In this document: positions 16,040 through 19,202 of the stretch, piece by piece | Layout: the number at the start of each line of letters is the position of its first letter | Position numbering within the stretch: position 1 is the stretch's first letter | Made by a program: the position numbers and the translations under genes | The notes under the pieces: model-generated | What the model was told of the DNA's origin: nothing | The model's input: the letters and a program-made list of their open reading frames with translations, nothing else | The model's database searches: none | Virus record (IMG/VR): IMGVR_UViG_2565956716_000004 | Source of the DNA: a virus | Taxonomy: Duplodnaviria; Heunggongvirae; Uroviricota; Caudoviricetes | Length of the DNA: 19,202 nt | Strand: one strand, 5' to 3'

Positions 16040-17110
16040 TTACCCCCTGAAGCCCGGCGGAATTTCGTTATCCGGTTCAGAAATATGATTCACACAACGC
16101 TGGTTGTTCGTGCCGCTTACCGGGAGCAACCAGGGGTTCTCAAAATTCCGGTCCGGTCCAAAAAACGTCGTCGCTCGCTGAACAAATTCCGTTCCCGTTT
16201 TCCCGGTAGCCGCCAAGTATCTTGCGTAACGCCTCACGCCATCCAGCATGGCCTCTGGTGGCACCCCCTCGCGTAATCTGGCCTTCCAGGCACTGAAAGC
16301 GGATTTCTTCGGGTTTGCCCCAGCACGCAACGGGTACTCCCGCCAGACCTGTTCGAACACATCCGGATAATCCACTCGTCCCACAGACTGCCCGGTGTTT
16401 TCCGGGACTACCCGATCGGCTTCCCGCTGAATGGCGGAATCGGCTTCGGGCTGCTGCAGTTGGTGTGATTGCTCCGGCCTTGCGGTCATCACCTGCTGCA
16501 CAGCGCCCGAATCGGCTTTCAGCGCATACGCTGAATCGGCTTCCGGTGTCGTGCCTGCTGGCTGACCAAGATTGACGGTCTGAACATCCCCTGCCTGGTT
16601 CGTGGCGTTTTTTACGCCATGGACCATAGTGTTTTGATCTTCTTGATCTGTATCTTTATCTGTATCTTTATCTGTCGTGACTCGTCGTGACATGTGCGTG
16701 ACATTTCGTGACGCGCCGTGACAATCGCCATTTTGTTCCCGCTTTCTTTCCCTCTCTCGCTGCGCCCTCTTGCGCTCTGCAGGAGATTTTGCGGTTTGCG
16801 AAATATTGCCGTTGTCCTCTTTAAGCACCTGGCGTTTTTCCCATCCAGTGATTAAATCACCATCAAGTACCCGCCCCTGCATCGTCTGCAAAATTGAATC
16901 AATTACCTCTTCTGTCACGTCGAGCGCACTTGCCAAATCTTCTGTCGTGACATCAATGTGACCTCGCGTGACATTTCGTGACGCGCTCACCAGGAGGTGG
17001 ATATACACTGCCATCACTGTTGCAATTGGCTGCCCTGACACCCTGGCAATTGTTCGCCACTTAGGGTCATTTGGCATGTCATGCCATAATCTGAGCCAGG
17101 CGTTAGCCAT
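16040..17110 (-). CDS. Phage replication initiation protein (replisome-organiser type; origin iterons embedded in the gene)
   Basis: ATG at 17108-17110 with GAGGTGA upstream (the supplied ORF starts at GTG 17116). The C-terminal region DVFEQVWREYPLRAGANPKKSAFSAWKARL resembles the conserved C-terminus of phage replication organiser proteins. Two CGTGAC iteron arrays lie inside the coding sequence, like lambda O/ori. Confidence 0.65.
   Translation of the reverse strand: MANAWLRLWHDMPNDPKWRTIARVSGQPIATVMAVYIHLLVSASRNVTRGHIDVTTEDLASALDVTEEVIDSILQTMQGRVLDGDLITGWEKRQVLKEDNGNISQTAKSPAERKRAQRERERKREQNGDCHGASRNVTHMSRRVTTDKDTDKDTDQEDQNTMVHGVKNATNQAGDVQTVNLGQPAGTTPEADSAYALKADSGAVQQVMTARPEQSHQLQQPEADSAIQREADRVVPENTGQSVGRVDYPDVFEQVWREYPLRAGANPKKSAFSAWKARLREGVPPEAMLDGVRRYARYLAATGKTGTEFVQRATTFFGPDRNFENPWLLPVSGTNNQRCVNHISEPDNEIPPGFRG
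16666..16712. repeat. Iteron array 1: five CGTGAC repeats at 10-11 bp spacing (candidate replication origin)
   Basis: CGTGAC at 16666, 16676, 16687, 16697 and 16707, flanked on the low-coordinate side by the tandem AT-rich repeat atctttatctgt x2 (16636-16660). Confidence 0.7.
16946..16982. repeat. Iteron array 2: four (C/T)GTGAC repeats at 10-11 bp spacing
   Basis: CGTGAC at 16946, TGTGAC at 16957, CGTGAC at 16967 and 16977; an inverted copy GTCACG at 16914-16919. The motif block cgtgacatttcgtgacgcgc is shared with array 1. Confidence 0.65.
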
Positions 17111-17181
17111 ACTCACCTCTTCTGATACCGAATCTTTTTACTCACGAGTTGCCGGAAGCGATTCGATATGGCTATTGTCAG

Positions 17182-17499
17182 TCAATGTACTGCCACAGCA
17201 TTTCCTGCCGGGCCACCACGGTTCATCTGATTGAAACCGGCGATTGCCACTGCGACAAAATCATCAGCGTCTCTCACCAGTCGCTCCCGCGTCTCCACCA
17301 GCTCCCGAAAATAAGCTGAACTGTGGCTGCGCATTCTGGCCACCAGCAAAGGTGGCATTGCCTTTTCGATCGCTGGTAACAACGCCTGAATTTTTTCAAC
17401 TGCATCAGGGGTGTCTTTCTCTATCCAGCGGAAAATTTTCTGGGTATTGCGAGCCAGGGCTTCCGGATGGCTGTCGTCGTACAGTTCAGGAAACGTCAT
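17182..17499 (-). CDS. Hypothetical early-operon protein (105 aa) upstream of the replication gene
   Basis: ATG at 17497-17499 (the supplied ORF starts at TTG 17505). Helical-looking product MTFPELYDDSHPEALARNTQKIFRWIEKDTPDAVEKIQ. No helix-turn-helix or other family recognised. Confidence 0.45.
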   Translation of the reverse strand: MTFPELYDDSHPEALARNTQKIFRWIEKDTPDAVEKIQALLPAIEKAMPPLLVARMRSHSSAYFRELVETRERLVRDADDFVAVAIAGFNQMNRGGPAGNAVAVH

Positions 17500-17574
17500 A
17501 CCCAACTCAAAATAAGCCTGGGTTATCTGGCAAAAACTGATCCCGAGTCAGGCTGATTCTTAATGTTCAACTGT

Positions 17575-17606
17575 CGCCGGTTGTGACTGGTATTCTGCAA
17601 CCGGCG
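17575..17606. promoter_or_regulatory. 9-bp perfect inverted repeat with 14-bp spacer in the divergent xis / early-operon intergenic region (candidate operator)
   Basis: cgccggttg (17575-17583) and caaccggcg (17598-17606). No flanking T-run on either strand, so unlikely to be an intrinsic terminator. Confidence 0.35.
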
Positions 17607-17635
17607 CTCGTCTGATGTAAGAGATAAAGAAATCG

Positions 17636-17887
17636 ATGAGCGAAGTAATCATGATTGTCTCTCCCGGCAAATGGGTATCCGAAGAGCAGTTAATTGCGCT
17701 GAAAGGAATAAAAAAAGGTACGTTAAAAAAGGCCCGGGAAAAATCGTTTATGGAAGGAAGGGAATATAAGCATGTCGCTCATGACGGTATGCCATGGGAT
17801 AACAGTCCATGCTTTTACAACCTGGAAGAAATTGATCGCTGGATTGAGCGCCAGGCATCAGCGAGACCAAGACGTCATCTTACTTGA
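17636..17887 (+). CDS. xis: Excisionase-like protein (Rac YdaQ-type Xis)
   Basis: 83-aa ORF immediately upstream of, and co-oriented with, the integrase. The sequence MSEVIMIVSPGKWVSEEQLIALKGIKKGTLKKAREKSFMEG matches my memory of Rac-type excisionase-like proteins. Confidence 0.7.
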   Translation: MSEVIMIVSPGKWVSEEQLIALKGIKKGTLKKAREKSFMEGREYKHVAHDGMPWDNSPCFYNLEEIDRWIERQASARPRRHLT

Positions 17888-17906
17888 CTAAAAGCCACAC
17901 TAACTA

Positions 17907-19202
17907 ATGAGAGAAGTTGAAATGAAATATCCGACAGGCGTGGAAAACCATGGAGGGAAATTACGTATCTGGTTTGTTTATAAAGGCGTAAGAGTCAGGG
18001 AAAATCTGGGGGTTCCTGACACAGCAAAAAACAGGCGCGTTGCAGGTGAACTACGCGCCTCTGTTTGTTACGCAATAAAAACTGGTGTTTTCGACTATGC
18101 AAAACAGTTTCCCTCCTCACGCAATCTGGAAAAATTTGGTGAGGCCCGACAAGATTTAACCATAAAAGAACTGGCTGAAAAATTTCTGGCACTGAAAGAA
18201 ACTGAAGTCGCCAAAACATCACTCAACACATACCGTGCCGTCATCAAAAATATCCTGAGCATAATCGGTGAAAAAAATCTTGCCTCATCGATTAATAAAG
18301 AAAAATTACTGGAGGTTCGTAAAGAGTTACTGACTGGATACCAGATCCCCAAAAGTAACTATATTGTTACACAACCAGGGAGATCGGCTGTAACTGTAAA
18401 TAATTACATGACAAATCTTAACGCCGTGTTCCAGTTTGGTGTTGATAACGGTTACCTGGCAGATAATCCGTTTAAGGGGATCTCGCCATTAAAGGAATCA
18501 AGAACCATTCCGGATCCTCTTTCGCGGGAAGAATTTATCCGTCTTATCGATGCGTGCAGAAATCAGCAAGCAAAAAATTTATGGTGTGTTTCTGTTTATA
18601 CTGGCGTTCGCCCTGGTGAGCTGTGTGCACTTGGATGGGAGGACATAGATCTGAAAAATGGAACAATGATGATCAGGAGAAATTTAGCAAAAGACCGTTT
18701 CACGGTACCAAAAACACAGGCGGGAACCAATCGGGTCATTCATCTTATTAAGCCAGCAATCGACGCTCTCCGGAGTCAGATGACATTAACGAGACTGAGC
18801 AAAGAGCATATCATTGATGTTCACCTCAGAGAGTATGGCAGAACAGAAAAACATAAATGCACCTTTGTTTTTCAACCTGAAGTATCAGCGAGAGTAAAAA
18901 ATTATGGTGACCATTTTACCGTTGACTCAATAAGGCAGATGTGGGACGCAGCGATAAAACGTGCCGGACTCCGCCATCGAAAATCATATCAGTCGAGACA
19001 TACTTATGCCTGCTGGTCGCTGACAGCTGGTGCTAACCCGGCATTTATAGCAAACCAGATGGGCCATGCAGATGCGCAAATGGTATTTCAGGTATACGGA
19101 AAATGGATGTCTGAAAACAATAATGCACAGGTAGCTTTGTTAAATACACAGTTAAGCGAGTTTGCCCCAACCATGCCCCATAACGAAGCAATGAAAAATT
19201 AA
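17907..19202 (+). CDS. int: Tyrosine integrase (lambda-family, IntR-like, with N-terminal arm-binding region)
   Basis: 431-aa ORF (probable start at MKYPTGV) ending with TAA at the window end. C-terminal catalytic-domain signatures are present (R...HxxR...Y region: SRHTYACWSLTAGANPAFIANQMGHADAQMVFQVYGKW). Confidence 0.9.
   Translation: MREVEMKYPTGVENHGGKLRIWFVYKGVRVRENLGVPDTAKNRRVAGELRASVCYAIKTGVFDYAKQFPSSRNLEKFGEARQDLTIKELAEKFLALKETEVAKTSLNTYRAVIKNILSIIGEKNLASSINKEKLLEVRKELLTGYQIPKSNYIVTQPGRSAVTVNNYMTNLNAVFQFGVDNGYLADNPFKGISPLKESRTIPDPLSREEFIRLIDACRNQQAKNLWCVSVYTGVRPGELCALGWEDIDLKNGTMMIRRNLAKDRFTVPKTQAGTNRVIHLIKPAIDALRSQMTLTRLSKEHIIDVHLREYGRTEKHKCTFVFQPEVSARVKNYGDHFTVDSIRQMWDAAIKRAGLRHRKSYQSRHTYACWSLTAGANPAFIANQMGHADAQMVFQVYGKWMSENNNAQVALLNTQLSEFAPTMPHNEAMKN

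Larger units (their letters stand above)
1285..19202. mobile_element. Defective lambdoid prophage (Qin/Rac-like mosaic); right end and att site lie beyond the window
   Basis: Contiguous phage modules: int/xis, replication initiator with iterons, nin-region genes (hok, DUF968, rusA), Q antiterminator, PR'/tR', tRNAs, holin/SAR-endolysin/Rz, stf/tfa. No terminase, capsid or tail-shaft genes. Left boundary is inferred from the truncated ydfJ; it is not mapped by repeats. Confidence 0.75.

Noticed and set aside
17244-17540. 98-aa plus-strand ORF overlapping the 105-aa early gene
   Set aside because: Pro/Ser-rich low-complexity translation, antisense to a more protein-like ORF in an operon of co-oriented genes.
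1-19202. CRISPR arrays, IS transposases, and DicF/DicB-type Qin division-inhibition genes
   Set aside because: No regularly spaced direct repeats with unique spacers, no transposase-like ORF, and no DicF-like sequence (…TTTCTGGTGACG…) were seen on either strand.

Overview
This window is the N-truncated ydfJ MFS transporter gene (1-1284, minus) followed by a defective, mosaic lambdoid prophage (Qin/Rac-like) that fills the rest of the window up to an intact integrase ending at 19202. Reading leftward on the minus strand from the int/xis end, the prophage carries a replication initiator with embedded iterons, a 140-aa protein, an AT-rich two-gene cargo operon (14423-15385 and 13406-14407), a hok-type toxin, a short hypothetical ORF, a DUF968 protein, RusA, a Q antiterminator with a PR'-like promoter and terminator, two tRNA genes, moron genes including two TolA-domain-III-like lipoproteins, and a phage-21-type lysis cassette. 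The lysis cassette abuts an in-frame chimeric ORF ending in a lambda-Stf-like C-terminus plus a lambda-like tfa, so head, tail and packaging genes appear deleted. No cI/cro/N-type immunity genes were recognised. The best candidate for an undescribed system is the AT-rich two-gene operon: a 321-aa protein with a HEPN-like Rx4H motif and a 333-aa protein with a GNAT-like C-terminal motif, with its own extended -10 promoter, sitting in the nin-region accessory slot. All calls rest on reading the sequence and supplied ORF translations and on recalled protein families; no database search, HMM search or computed statistic was available.
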